Below the pieces are notes generated by a model that saw only the letters and a list, made by a program, of their open reading frames with translations, made no database searches and had not been told where the DNA came from. A program made the translations under genes and the position numbers. This document shows positions 50,618 to 64,000 of a DNA stretch of 64,000 nucleotides, in pieces (within the stretch, counting starts at the first letter, position 1; every line of letters starts with the position of its first letter). The stretch comes from the human T2T-CHM13v2.0 reference genome, Homo sapiens: assembly GCF_009914755.1 (NCBI RefSeq), contig NC_060928.1; one strand, written 5' to 3'.

Positions 50618-53600
50618 TTTTTAAATGTGAACTTTTATTTTAGATACACGGGGTACATATGCAGATTTATTGCATGATGCTGATGTTTCAAGTATGGATA
50701 TTGTCATCCAGGTAGTGAGCATGGTATCCAATTGGTATTTTTTTCACCCATGACTCCTCTCTCTCTTCCCCTTTTAGTACTTCATAACGTCTATTGTTCC
50801 CATGTTTATGTACATGTGTGCTCAATGTTTAGTTCCCACTTATAAGTAATCAAATATTTACTTGTAAGAAATTTCTAGGATTTTTTGTTCCTGCATTAAT
50901 TAGATTAGGATAATGGCCTCCAGCTGCATCCATGTTGCTGCAAAGGACATGATTTTGTTCTTTTTTATGGTTGTGAAGTATTCCATGGTGTATATGTACC
51001 ACATCTTCTTTATTCAATTCATCATTGATGAGCACCTAGATTGATTCAATGTCTTTGCTACTGTGAATAGCGTGGCGATGAAAATAGAAGTGCATTGGTC
51101 TTTAGTTTAATTAGATCCCTCTTGTCTTGTCAATATTTGTTTTGTTGTCATTGCTTTTGGAGATTTAGCCAAAAATTCTTTGCCAAGGCCAGTGTTAAGA
51201 AGGATATTTCCTAGGTTTTCTTCTAGGATTTTTTTTTTTTTTGAGGACTTAACATTAAAATTTTTAATCCACCTTGAGTTAATCTTTGCATATCATGAAA
51301 GGTAAGGTTCCAGTTTCATTCTTCTGCAAATACTACCCAGTTATCCCAGCACCATTTATTGAACAGGGAGTTGTTTCCCATTGCTTGTTTTTTTCCGGCC
51401 TTGTCTATGATCAGATGATTGTAGGTGTTCAGCTGTATTCTTGAGTTTTCTATTCTGTTTCATTGTTCTGTGTCTGTTTCTGTACCAGTACCAGGCTATT
51501 TGGGCTACTTTGGCCTTATAGTGTCGTTTGAAGTTGGATAGTGTGTTGCTTCTGGCTTTGTTCTTGTTGCTTAGGAGTGCCTTGTCTCTTTGGGTTCTTT
51601 TTTGACTCCATGTAAATTTTAGAATAGTTTTCTAATTCTGTGAAGAATGTCATTAGTAGTCTGATGCAAATAGCATTGAATCTGTAAATTGTTTTGGGTA
51701 GTATGGCCATTTTAACAATCTTCATTCTTCCAGTCTATGAACATGAAATATTTTTCTATTTATTTGTGTCATCTTTTATTTATTTATTTGTTTGTTTGTT
51801 TTTATTTATTTTTAGATGGAATCTCACCCTATCACCCAGGCTGGAGTGTAGTGGTAGTGGTGTGATCTCGGCTCACTGCAACCTCCGTCTCCTGGGTTCA
51901 AGCTATTCTCCTGCCTCAGCCTCCTGAGTAGCTGTGACTACAGGCACACATCACCACACCCGGCTAATTTTTGTATTTTTAGTAGAGATGGAGTTTCACC
52001 ATGTTGGTCTGGCTGATCTTGTACTCGTGACCTCGTGATCGCCTGCCTCAGCCTCCCAAAGTGCTGGGATTTCACAAGTGAGCCACCGTGCCTGGCCACC
52101 ATTTTTTATTTATTTCAGAAGTGTTTCATAGTTCTCCTTATAGAGATCTTTGACCTCCTTAGTTAGCTGTATTTCTAGGTATTTCATTTTCTTTGTGGTT
52201 ATTGTAAATTGTGTTATGCTCTTGATTTGACTCTCAGCCTGGACATTATTTGTGTATAGAAATGCTACTGATTTTTGTTCATTGATTTTGTATCCTGAAA
52301 GTTTACTAAAGTCATTTATGAGTTCTAAGAGCCTTTTGGTAGAGTCTTTGGGTTTTCTAGGTATAGAATCATGTCATCAGCTAAGAGAGATAGCTTGACT
52401 TCTTCATTTTCTATTCTATTTGGATAGCTTTTTGTAAAAAAAAAAAAAAAATCTTGTCTGGTTGCTCTGGCTAGAATTTATAGTACTATGTTGAATAGGA
52501 GTGATGAAAATGGGCATCCATGTCTTATTCTAGTTCTCAAGGGGAATGCTTCCAGCTTTTGACCATCGAGTATGGCTTTTGGTGTGGGTATTTCATTGGT
52601 GGCTCTTATTATTTTGAAGTATGTTTCTTCTATGACTAGTTTGTCAATGGTTTTAATTATGAAGTCCTGTTGAATTTTTCAAAAGCTTTTCCTATATCTA
52701 TTTAAATAATAATTTGGATTTTGCTTTTAACTCTGTTTATATGGTGAATCACTTTTATTGATTTACATCTGTTGAACCAGCCTTGCATCCAAGGACTAAC
52801 GGCTACTTGATCATGGTGTGTTAACTTTTTGATGTGCTGCTGGATTTGTTTATCTAGTGTTTTTTTGAGGATTTTTGTGTTTATAATCATCACAAATATT
52901 GGTCTAAAATTTTTTTATTGTTGTTGTGTTTCTGCCAGATTTTGGTATCAGGCTGATGCTGGCCTCATAGAATGAGTTATGAAGAATTCCCTCTTCCTTG
53001 ATTTTTTGAACTAGTTTTAGTAAAACTGGTACCAGTACTTCCTTGTACATGTGGTAGAATTCAGCTGTGAAACCACCTGGTGTGAGGTTTTTTTTTTGGT
53101 TGTTAGTTTTTTTAACTGATTCAATTTCAGAGCTCAATATTGGTCTATTTAGGGTTTCAATATCTTCCTGATTCAATCATGGGAGATTGTGTGTTTTTAG
53201 GGATTTGTCCCTATCTTCTATATTTTCTAATTTTTCTGCATATAATTCTTCATTGTATTTTTCTGAGAATAGTTTATATTTCTGTGAAATCAGTTATAAC
53301 ATCATCTGTGCCATTTCTGCTTATGCTTATTTGGATTTTTACACTTTTTTTTCTTCGTTAATCTAGCTAATGGTTTGTAAATTTTGTTTATTTTTTTAAG
53401 AAGCTACTCTTGGTTTTACTAATTTTTCTATTGACTTTTGCAACTCCTTTTCATTCAGTTTTTCTCCAACTTTAGTTATTTATCTTCTGCTAGGTTTGTT
53501 CACACAAGAGTTATTCCAAAGCAAGTTGTTTAGTTTTCATGTATTTGTGTAATTTTGAGGGGCTTTCTTGCTATTAATATCTATTTTTTATCACACTGTG

Positions 53601-55414
53601 GTCTGAGAGTATGCTCGGTATGATTTCAATTATATTGAATTGTTTCAGACTTGCTTTATGACTGAGCATGTGTTCAGTCAAAATATGTTCCTTGTGCAGA
53701 TGAGAAGAATGTGTATTCTGTGGTTGTTGGGTGAAGTGTTCTGTAGATGACTTTTAGGTCTAATTGGTCAAGTGTCAAGTTTAATTTCAGAGGTGTTTTT
53801 CTGTTAGTTTTCTGCCTTAATAATCTGTCTAAAGTTGTCAGTGGTGTTTTGAAGTCTTCCACTATGTATGTAGTTGTCTATGTCTTTTCAGAGGCAAAGA
53901 AAAACTTGTTTTATGAATCTGGGTGCTTCAATATTAGATAAATATATATTTAGCATAGTTAAGTCTTCTTATTAGATTGTACCCTTTACCATTCTGTAAT
54001 GTCTGTCTTTGTCCTTCTTAATTTTTATCAGTATAAAGTCTGTTTTATCTGATATAAGAATAGTGACTCCTGCTCTTTTTTGTTTTCCATTTGCATGATA
54101 GATCTTTCTCCATGCCTTTACTTTGAGCCTGTGGGTATCATTACATGTGAGATGGGACTCTTGAAGACAGCAGATGGTTGGGTCTTGTCTTTTTATCCAG
54201 CTTACCACTCTATGTTATTTAAGTAGGGTGTTTAGCTCATTTATCTTTGGAGTTTGTATTTATATGGACAGCAGATAGGCTCTTACACAGCTGTTGCTCT
54301 GTATTTTCTTGGATTTGCAGTTATGCTCTGTAGTGCGTGGAGAAGAGAGGTGATCCTCTCACCTGGTATGTTCTTAGGTCTTGTGGGAATCACCTCGGAT
54401 CATTGGCACTATGCCCACATTTTTTTCTGTTAGGCATTCCAGGCCAAAGGGCTTCCTGTGCAGAGGCCAGAGTAGAGGTATCTCGCATCTTTTCTGGTTT
54501 GGCCCTATGGAGGGAGGCATACCCCACTCCCCCTCCTTTCCATGAACACACACATCTCATCCTTTTCAGTTTTCTGAGGTGGAGGCTCCTCTCTTGCTCC
54601 ATGGCCACAGATCTTGGTTTGGCATTCTGAAGCTGCATGTAGCAGCCCTGGGTTGCCCTGGATCAGCACACAGCTTTGTCCTATGAACCCTTGACATCAG
54701 GTTTTGGGTGCCCTGGGGGATCCAAAATGCTCCCAGGCCACCTGGAATGTAATCAGTTGGAGCAAAGCACCCAGGCTAGGCAGCAAAGGCTGTGCTGGGC
54801 ACATGCTTCTGCGAGGCAGCCAGGCAGGGGCCCTGAGAGGGACTGGTAGGCAGGATGGCCTGCAGAACAGATGCACCCCAAACTCACTAGAAAGTTGGCC
54901 CTGCTTTCTCCTGGCCCAGCAGTCAGCTAGGACTACAGCTTCTAGGAGGGAGATGAGGAGCCCTGGAGGATGGGCACCTACAGCCATGCCACACTGGAGC
55001 TGCCCTGTGCACAAAGGCTTCTGGTTTCATACCAGCTGAAGTCCTGTCTCTGTCTATTCTCCAGGCAGATCCCCATGTCAACTTAAATTTCCTTAGGGAA
55101 TTTGTGGAGGTTCCTAGAGTCAGAATCCAAGAGGTTCATGGTGAGGTTTGGCAATTCCCTGGTCCCTTCACTTACCTGTTCTCCAGGAGCCATTTGGGGC
55201 CAGAAACTAGCCCAAGCTTTTGAGTATCCTGTGCAGGGTCCCAGCCTCGTCCCTCGTCAGCCTCAGCATCTACGTTACGTCACATCTCCATCCATTCTTG
55301 GTGTTTCTTCTCCAAAGATATGTCCAAATTATGTTGGTTTACTTGAAAACTTGCTATCTCAATGGAATTGGCACTTTCTGGTTGTGTCTAGTCAGCTATC
55401 TTGTTCCAATCTCC
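50618..55414 (-). mobile_element. L1PA15/16-like element with both termini but internal deletions (ORF1 lost)
   Basis: 3'UTR at 50618; ORF2 remnants ([29 protein letters not shown]); GC-rich 5'UTR at 54265-55414; probable TSD ATA(C/T)ATATTT. Confidence 0.9.
51775..52097 (-). mobile_element. AluS inserted in L1 ORF2
   Basis: Full dimer with (TTTA/TTTG)n tail; flanking repeat CAT(C/T)TTTTATTTATTT. Confidence 0.95.
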
Positions 55415-55784
55415 ATATATATTTCAAAAAAAAATTCTGTTTAGCTAATGCTTATAAAGAGAAAAAAATAACAAACTATTCAGTTGCTACTGGACTTCTC
55501 TAAGGCTAAAGAAATTTGCTAGCTATAAAAGAATGCCCTTGAATTGCACAAATCTGTTTTTTTTTTTAACCAGAAAACTCAGCTAAGCAAATGCATTTTT
55601 ATCTATTGAAATTTAATTAAGCCAGAAGTTTTTATTTATAGAGCACACTACATAAACTTGGAATTTTTTTCTTCTCTTCAGTGAAAATTAACCACAGTGT
55701 GCTCTTTAGGCATAATATTATTAGGCAGGCATACAGGCATTTCAGATATGAGAAATGAAGGGAAAATAATGAGTAGGGATATCC

Positions 55785-55995
55785 TAATATTTATTGAATG
55801 TTTACTATGTGGCTGTGACTGTATTAGCTATACATTTCTAACTCAGTTTTCAAAGAACTTCATGAAATATGTGTCGGTTGTTCAAGAGGGATCCAAAAAA
55901 TCAGAAATCTTTAGTAACTTCCTCAATGTTATACAGCTGTTATGAAGGACAGGATTTTAACTTCAAAATTTGTCTTTCTTGCGACTTCCAAACTA
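55785..55995 (-). mobile_element. MIR SINE
   Basis: 'atttattgaatgtttactatgtg...agtaacttcctcaatgttatacagct'. Confidence 0.6.
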
Positions 55996-56275
55996 TCTTC
56001 TATTTACCTGTGTAATGACAAATAGAACATGGATACACATTACCCTGATTACATAATGTCTTTTTACAATTATTTGCATTTAAAGTTGTAATATCTAAAT
56101 CAGATTAATCTTTATTCATAATTTCCAATTTCATAATTTTTATAATTTATAAAATTCATAATTTCATTGATTATCATCATGGGTTTCAATGAATTCAGGA
56201 AAATTTTAGGTAAAATCAATATAAAAAATATTTATTAATTGTGTTTTATTATAGATATTTATTAGTAATTTCTAA

Positions 56276-56642
<367 letters not shown>

Positions 56643-57461
56643 AAGGAATTCTTTTAAACAAACATTTTATAGGACTAAGAGAACATTCTTATTCTATGTT
56701 GTGTTTGCTTCATAGTATGGTATGTAACTGAACAAGTACTCACATGTGGATAATACTAATTTGACAGGTAGATTAATGTCACTACTGTGTACAGGATATT
56801 TTACAAACCAGTTTGTGCCTCCAAAGATAAAAACAATAAACTCCATCTTCAATAGAGCTTGTTAGAGAAGATATATGAACATATGCATTCATGATGACAT
56901 ACAAAAGTGGATATATTTGTGTTAAAAAATAAGCATTTGAAGTATCATGTTATGTCAGGAGACAGAATTACAACATTATAGCATAGTAAATGTTTAGCTG
57001 GTGAAAGGACGGGGAGAAATTCCTCATAAAACCTTTAAGCAAATAGTAAAAATGGGGAAATCATGTTAGTTACAGAATAACATTCAAGTTCTATGTAAAG
57101 ATTTCTATTAAGTTCAGCAAGTCTACCTTAAAAATAAAAAGTAAAATAATATGTAAAACATATAAAACCAAATCAAAGTGGACTGTTGTACATAAATATC
57201 TTTCTCTGTCATTTTCACTTAATATAGTAGTACAATTTTCATATGAATTTTCAGAAAATTTATTTGAATTTTTTATAACTTTCCAAAATTATAGTATTCT
57301 TTAAATCCTTGAATAAACATTTATAGAGATGTATTTAACAAAGCAAGACAATATAATTCTTTAGTGAAATATTTTAAAGTATTCTATAGTCCACATGCAA
57401 CTTATCAAATGATTTCTATAATAAACTTACCTATGATTTATTTGTATAAAAATGTGAATAT

Positions 57462-57636
57462 ACTGGGTACAATGGCATGCTTCTGTAGATCCAGTTACTC
57501 AAGAGGCTGAGATAGGAGGATTGCTTGAGCTCTGGAGTTCAAGGCTATAGTGCTCGATGATCTTGCCTGTGAATAGCCACTGCACCCCTACATGGACAAT
57601 ATGGCGAGACCTTGTTTCTAAAAAATAAAAAAAAAA
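57462..57636 (+). mobile_element. FAM (fossil Alu monomer, 7SL-derived)
   Basis: Retains 'gcctgtgaatagccactgcac', a 7SL/FAM segment absent from dimeric Alus; A tail. Confidence 0.85.
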
Positions 57637-59370
57637 GTGATCATAATATTCCCTGAGCCTCATTTTAACCTGAAATTGAACAACACACTTTTGTGGATCT
57701 TTTTTTCTTTCTTAATGGAGCCTCTGGAAGACAAATATTACATGCTGCACATGCCCAAATTTGCCCATAGTGTGAATAAAGGATTTGCAGGAAATATAGT
57801 GAAGTGCAAGCATCAATCTCAATCCACTTTGCTATGTCCTTTATCTATAAAGCTTGATATATTGCAGCATATTGTTAAAATTATTATTTAAAATAATGGC
57901 CTTCATTTGTGTGTGTTAAATAAAGGCATCTCTAATAATTTATTCCCAGGATTATTCTCCATAATATATCCAAGACAATCATAATCAACCCAAGTTTAGC
58001 TAAATTGGATTTTATTAAATAAACCCATATTAAATTTATTTTTAAGCAAGTTAATATTTATGGCTTTAAAATGTTTATTTATTTGAAAAATGGCTTATTT
58101 AATAACAGATGGATTGGGATATGACAGAAAGTTCCCATCACTAGAACATAATTGGTATAAAAATAAACTAAAAAATTCCAAAATGTGTAAGGAAATTAAT
58201 GCAAGCAGATAACTGAACAGTGTTTAACTAAAATAAAATGGCGATATCATGTTAGCAAACGTTAGTTGAAAGTGAAAAGTACAGGTTAAAAATATACATG
58301 AAAGGTACCACCTTTATTCTTGATAACTACTTTTATTTTTATCCTCCAAATTATACCAGAATTTGAAGGACACTTTAACAAAACAAGGATCTAGAAAACA
58401 TGATTATATTAAGTTAAAATCTACTCGCTTATTTACCACAGACCTTTAGAAACTATTGAAAATTGGCAATTCTTTTCTGTAAAATACAAATTCAGTAACT
58501 ATTCTATCTTGTATGGTATAGTCAGCTCCATTCTTGTTCTGTTTCTGGGAGGAAGTGTGAAAGGGGAGAGGGAAATCCTAGGCTGCCTAGAGTCCTGCCA
58601 GAATATTACAAGGTCTATCTAATTTCCTTGTCTGTTGCTGTTAATCATTTTTTATTTATGTTTGTATTTTTACTGGTATAATTATTTTCTAATGGTGTTA
58701 TAGCTTTATTGTTTCTGGGGCTTTTTTCATGCTGTCTCTTGTTCTTGTAATTCTTCCTTCTTCTCTCTCTGTTTATGAGGTACTATTTGTTTTTGATGTC
58801 CCAACTCTAACTTTGAGTATCCAGTAATGACTGACTTTTAAATGAGTACAGCTTTCTCTCTCTCTCTCTTTCTCTTTCTTTTATCCTTATACTTATAATT
58901 TACAAACAAATATAGAGCCATAGGGCAATGTGAAGGAATCTTGGAGAAAATCTCCAGGGTGTAAACTGGTAGATTATTTAATGGAAAAGATTCCAGCCCC
59001 CACTTCCAATCTTTCACATTTATAAGATATTTATTGTTTATTTGATAAAAGTTCTTTGTAATTTGAAAATTTATTTTGTATCTCATTTATTTTTACCCAT
59101 ACATATTTAAGGCAACAGATAATATACTTTAAACCTCCAAATCATATGAGTCATGTCCCATCATTTTCATTTATTGATCATATTGTAAGTGTACAATATT
59201 GGAGAAAGGAAAAACATAAAATTAAGTAACTAAACATAATGACAATGAAATTTAGGGTATTAATTTTAAAGCAGGATTCAAGAGCCAGCCTCTTATTTAA
59301 TGGGGTGAAATTGAGATGAATATTAAAATATCTAAGCATCAATTTTCTGAAGAGCAATGACAAGAACTTA

Positions 59371-60838
59371 TAGTCATGCATTGCTTAATGACAGGGAAAC
59401 CTTCTGAGAATTGTGTCATTAGGTGATCTCGTCATTATGTGAACAACATAGAGTGTACTTACACAAACCTAGATTGTATAGCCTACTACACACCTAGGCT
59501 GTATGGTATAGTCTATTGCTAACATGTAACTGTATTCAATACCGTAGGCAATTGTAAACCATTGGCAACTATTTGTGTATCTAAATGTAGAAAAGATACG
59601 GTAAAAAAAAAATGCTATAAAAGTTAAAAATAGTACACAAGTATAGAACATTTATTATGAAAGGGGCTTGCAGTATGGAAATTTCTCTGGGTGAGACAGT
59701 AAGTGAATGAATGAGAAAGGTTAGAAAATAACTGTACGTGGCTCGGGCATGGTGGCTTACGACTGTAATCCCAGCACTTTGGGAGGCCCAGGCGGGTAGA
59801 TCACCAGGTCAAGAGATGTGGAACATCCTGACCAAGATGGTGAAACCCCGTCTCTACTAAAAATACAAAAATCAGCTGGGCGTGATGGCATGTGCCTGTA
59901 TTCCCAGGTACTCGGGAGGCTAAGACAGGAGGCTTGATCCTGGGAGGCAGAGGTTGCAGTGAGCTGAGATCACGCCACTTCACTCCAGTCTGGAGATAGA
60001 GCAAGACGCCATCTCAAAAAAAAAAAAAAATTACTGTACACTACTGTAGACATTATAATCATTGTACAATCAGTCTGCACTAAATTCACAACTTTTTTCT
60101 CAATAATAAATTAATGTATTGTAATATTTTTGTTAATAATAAATTAATTGTAATAAATATATTTAATTTAACAATAAATTAAAGTATAGCTTGTAGTAAC
60201 TTTTTAACCATATAATTTTTTAAATTTTTAAAATTTTTGGACTCTTGTAATAAAACCTAAAGCTCAAATACATTGTACAATTGTACAAAAAATATTTTTT
60301 CTTTATATTCTTATTCTGTAAGCTTTTTTCCAGTTAAAAAAATTTTTTTTTTAGTTTTTTTTTGTGAAAAACTAAGACATAATTGTACAAATTAGCCTAG
60401 GCCTACACAGTGTCAGCATCATGAATATCTCTGTCTTCCACTTTGACATCTTGTCCCACTGGAAGGTCTTCCAGAGCAATAACACATATGGAGCTGTGAC
60501 CTCCTATGAAAACAATCCCTTCTTCTGGAATACTGCCTGAAGGACCGGCCTGAGGCTGTTCTACAGTTAACTTTTTTTTTTTCTAATAAGTAAAAGGGAT
60601 ACACTCTAGAATAACAATAAAAGTATAGTAAATACATAAATCATTAACAATCATTTATTATCATTATCAATATTATTGGGTACTGTATTTAATTTTACGT
60701 GTTATACTTTTATAACAGTAGCACAGTAGGTTTCTTTATACAAGCATCACCACAAATATTTGAGTAATACTTTGTACTAGGACATTAAAACAGCTATGAT
60801 GTCACTAGGTGTTAGGAATTTTTCAATGTCGTTAGAAT
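59371..60838. mobile_element. Tigger3 (3b-like) DNA transposon, split by an Alu and cut by L1PB
   Basis: TA followed by TIR 'tagtcatgcattgcttaatgac', then 'acacaaacctagattgtatagcctactacacacctaggct'; second TIR not seen. Confidence 0.87.
59740..60030 (+). mobile_element. AluS
   Basis: Full dimer; TSD AAAAT(A/T)ACTGTAC. Confidence 0.95.
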
Positions 60839-60849
60839 TCTTTTCCTAT

Positions 60850-63800
60850 TTTGAATTTTTTTATATTTTAATAGCTTTAGGAATATAAGTGGTTTTTGGT
60901 TACATGGATAAATTGTATAGTGGCAAAGTCTGAAATTTTAATGCACTCATCACCCAAGTAGTGTACGTTGTTTCCAGTATGTGGTTTTTTTATCCCTCAC
61001 CTCCCTCTCACCTTCCCCTCTTTTGAGTCTCCAAGGTTCGTTATACCATTCTTTATACTTTTGCATCCCATAGCTTAGTGCCAACTTAGGAGTGATGACA
61101 TTATGATATTTAGTTTTCTGTTTCCGAGTTACTTCACTTAGAATAATGGCCTTCAGTTCCATCCAAGTTGCTTCTAAAGATATTATTTTGTTCGTTTTTT
61201 ACAGCTGAGTAATATGCTGTATTAGTCCATTCTTACACTGCTATATAGATACTACCTGAAACTGGGTAATTTATAAAGGAAAAAGGTTTAATTGACTCAC
61301 AGTTATGCAGGCTTAACAGGAAGCAAGGCTAGGAGGCTTCAGGAAACATATTTATCGAGGAAGGTGAAGGGGAAGCAAGCACGTCTTACATGATGGCAGA
61401 AGAGAGAGAGAGAAGAGCAAAGTGCCAGACACTTATCATACAGCCAGATCTCATTCAAACTCACTACTCACTGACTATCATGAGAACAGCATGGGGGAGA
61501 CTGTCCTCATGAACCAATTACCTCCCACCAGGTTCCTCCTTGGACAGAAGGGGATTACAATTCAAGATGAGATTTGGGTGGGAACACAGAGCCCAACCAT
61601 ATCATTCTGCCATGGCCCTCCCCAAATCTTATGTTCTTTTCACATTTCAAAACTAATCTTGCCTTCTCAACAATCCCCCAAAGTCTTAACTCATTCCAGC
61701 ATTAATTCAAAAGTCAACATCCAAAGTCTCATCTGAGACAAGGCAACTCCCTTCCACTTATGAGCCTGTAAAATCAAAAGCAAGTTCGTTACTTCCAAAT
61801 ACAATGAGGGTATAGGCGTTGGGTAAATGCTGCCATTCCCAATGGAAGAAATTTGTCTAAACAAAGGGGTCACAGACCCCAGGCAAGTCCAAAACTTGGC
61901 TAGGCAGTCATTAAATATTTTTAAATATTTTTATATTGTTTTGTGCCCTTTCAAGTTGTTAAATTTTAAGGCTCATAATCTTCTTTGACTCCATGTCTCA
62001 GATACACGGCATGCTGATTCAAGGGGTGAGCTCCCACAGTCTTGGGAAGCTTCGCCCCTGTGGCTTGGCAGGGTACAGCCCCTGCCACTTCTTTCATGGG
62101 CTGGTGTTGAGTGCCTGTAGCTTTTCCAGGTGCAGGATGCAAGCTATTTGTGGATCTACCATTCTAGGGTCTGGAGGATGGTGGCCCTCTTCTCACAACC
62201 CTGCTAGGCAGTGCCCTAGTGGGGACTCTGTATGGTGGCTCCAGCGCTACATTTTCCTTCCACACTGCCCTAGCAGAAGTTCTCCATGAGGGCTTTAGTC
62301 CTGCAGCAGACTTCTGCCTGTACATCCGGGTATTGCCATACATCCTTTGAAATCTAGGTGGACGTCCCCAAAGCTCAACTCTTGTCTTCTGTACACCCAC
62401 AGGCTCAATACCACATTGAAGCCACCAAGGCTTGTGGCTTGCACTCTCTGAAGCAATGGACTGAGCTGTACCTTGGCCCCTATTAGCCATGGATGGAGCT
62501 GGAACAGCTGGGACACAGGACACCAATTCCCAGGGCTGCACAGAGAAGTGGGGCTCTGGACCCAGCCTATTCCCTCCTAGGCATCTGGGCCTGTGATGTT
62601 AGGGGCTGTTCTGAAGATCTCTGACAGGGCTTGGAGGCATTTTTCCCATTGTCTTGGCTACTAACATTGGCTCCTCGTTACTTATGCACATTTCTGCAGC
62701 CAGCTTGAATTTCTCCACAGAAAATAAGATTTTTCTTTTCTACCTCATGGTCAGGCTGCAAATTTTCCAAACCTTTATGCCCCATTTCTCTTTTAAACAT
62801 GAGTTTCTCTCAGATCACCACCTCTGCCGGGACTTCATTGTCCATATCACTATAAGCATTTTTGTCAAAGCCATTCAACAAGTCTTCAGGAAGCTCCAAA
62901 CTTTCTCACATTTCCCTGTCTTCTTCTGAGCCCTTGAAACTGTTCCAACCTCTGCCTGTTACCCAGTTTCAAAGTTGCTTCCACATTTTCAGGTTATCAT
63001 TATAACAGTACCTCACTATCCTGGTACCAATTGTCTGTATTAGTTCATTCTCACACTGCTATATAGATATTACCTGAGACTGGGTAATTTATAAAGGAAA
63101 GAGGTTTAATTCACTCACAGTTATGCAGGTTTAACAGAAAGCATGGCTAGGAGGCCTCAGGAAACTTACAATTATGGAAAAAGGGAAGGGAAAGCAAGCA
63201 GGTCTTACATGGTGTCAGGAGAGAGAGGGGAGGAGGAGGAAGTGCCAGACACTTATCAAACAACAAGATCTCATGAGAAACCACTCAGTATCATGAGAAC
63301 TGTATGGGGGAACTGCCCCATGATCCAATTATCTCCCACCAGGTTTTTTCCTGGACAAGTGGACACTATAATACATGATGAGATTTGGGTGGGGACACAG
63401 AGCCAAACCATATCATATGTCATAGTGTATATATACCACATTTTCTATATCTACTCATTGGTTGATGGGTACTTGGTTTGGTTCCATATCATTGCAATTG
63501 TAATTGTACTGTAATAATTATAAACATGCTAATGTCTTATTGATAAATGATTTCTTTTCCTTTGGGTAGATACCCAATAATGGGATTGCTGAGTCAAATG
63601 GTAGATCTACTATTTGCTATTTGAGAAATCTCTATACTATTTTCCATAGAGGTTGTATTAATTTACATTTCTACCAGCAGCATATAGCATTCCATTTTCA
63701 CCACATCCACAGACAACATTATTGTTCTTTGACTTTTTAATAATGGCCATATTCTCTGGGGTAGTATGGTACTTCACTGTGGTTTTAATTCACATTTCCC

Positions 63801-64000
63801 AGATGATTGGGATGTTAAGCATTTTTTTCATTTTTGTTGCCATTTGTATATCTTCTTTTGAGAAATGTCTATTCATGTCATTTGCCCATATTTTTAATGA
63901 TATTTGTTTTTTTCTTGATGGTTTGAGTTCCCTTTAGATTCAGGATACTAGTCCTTTGTCAGATGCATAGTTTGCAAACATTTTCTTCCATTCTGTGTTG
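60850..64000 (-). mobile_element. L1PB 3' end, split by MST and running off the window
   Basis: L1PB-type 3'UTR 'gtggtttttggttacatggataaattgtatagtgg'; ORF2 C-terminus MELKAIILSEV; resumes at 63421. Confidence 0.88.
61218..63415 (-). mobile_element. Complete MST MaLR: LTR 61218-61604, internal region, LTR 63036-63415
   Basis: Paired LTRs share variants ('ctatatagata', 'agttatgcagg'); TSD tatgc/tatgt. Confidence 0.94.

Noticed and set aside
54255-54280. ORF1-less L1 as a spliced L1 retrocopy
   Set aside because: From the recalled consensus, the bases preceding the ORF2-side junction are CA rather than an AG acceptor, so a plain deletion fits better.
57462-57636. Functional 7SL RNA gene
   Set aside because: It lacks the central S domain, is diverged and A-tailed; it is a FAM monomer.

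Overview
This is AT-rich primate (human-like) non-coding DNA made almost entirely of nested transposable elements. Alu, L1PA, THE1/MST and HERV-L establish the primate origin. I find no intact host protein-coding gene, RNA gene or CRISPR array; the ORF track is chance or repeat-derived. The main structure is a 5'-truncated class I (MER4/MER34-group) endogenous retrovirus at about 4.9-12.9 kb (+). It carries decayed gag, pro, pol (RT core deleted), env, a PPT and a 3' LTR, and is invaded by an Alu, an LTR30-like LTR, MER66, THE1 and an apparently captured L1+LTR segment. A solo-LTR cluster lies at 13.8-20 kb and nested L1s at 24.8-32 kb. Three complete MaLR elements, a partial HERV-L, a full-span but internally deleted L1PA and a Tigger3 occupy 35-64 kb. 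I do not see a new functional biological system. The best leads are mechanistic or regulatory: a 72-bp locally templated insertion, a 75-nt hairpin in non-repeat DNA, a tail-less TSD-flanked Alu, a twin-primed L1 within an L1, and a minus-strand bias of L1/LTR elements. Subfamily names come from recalled consensus sequences, not a database search. Boundaries without a TSD are approximate.
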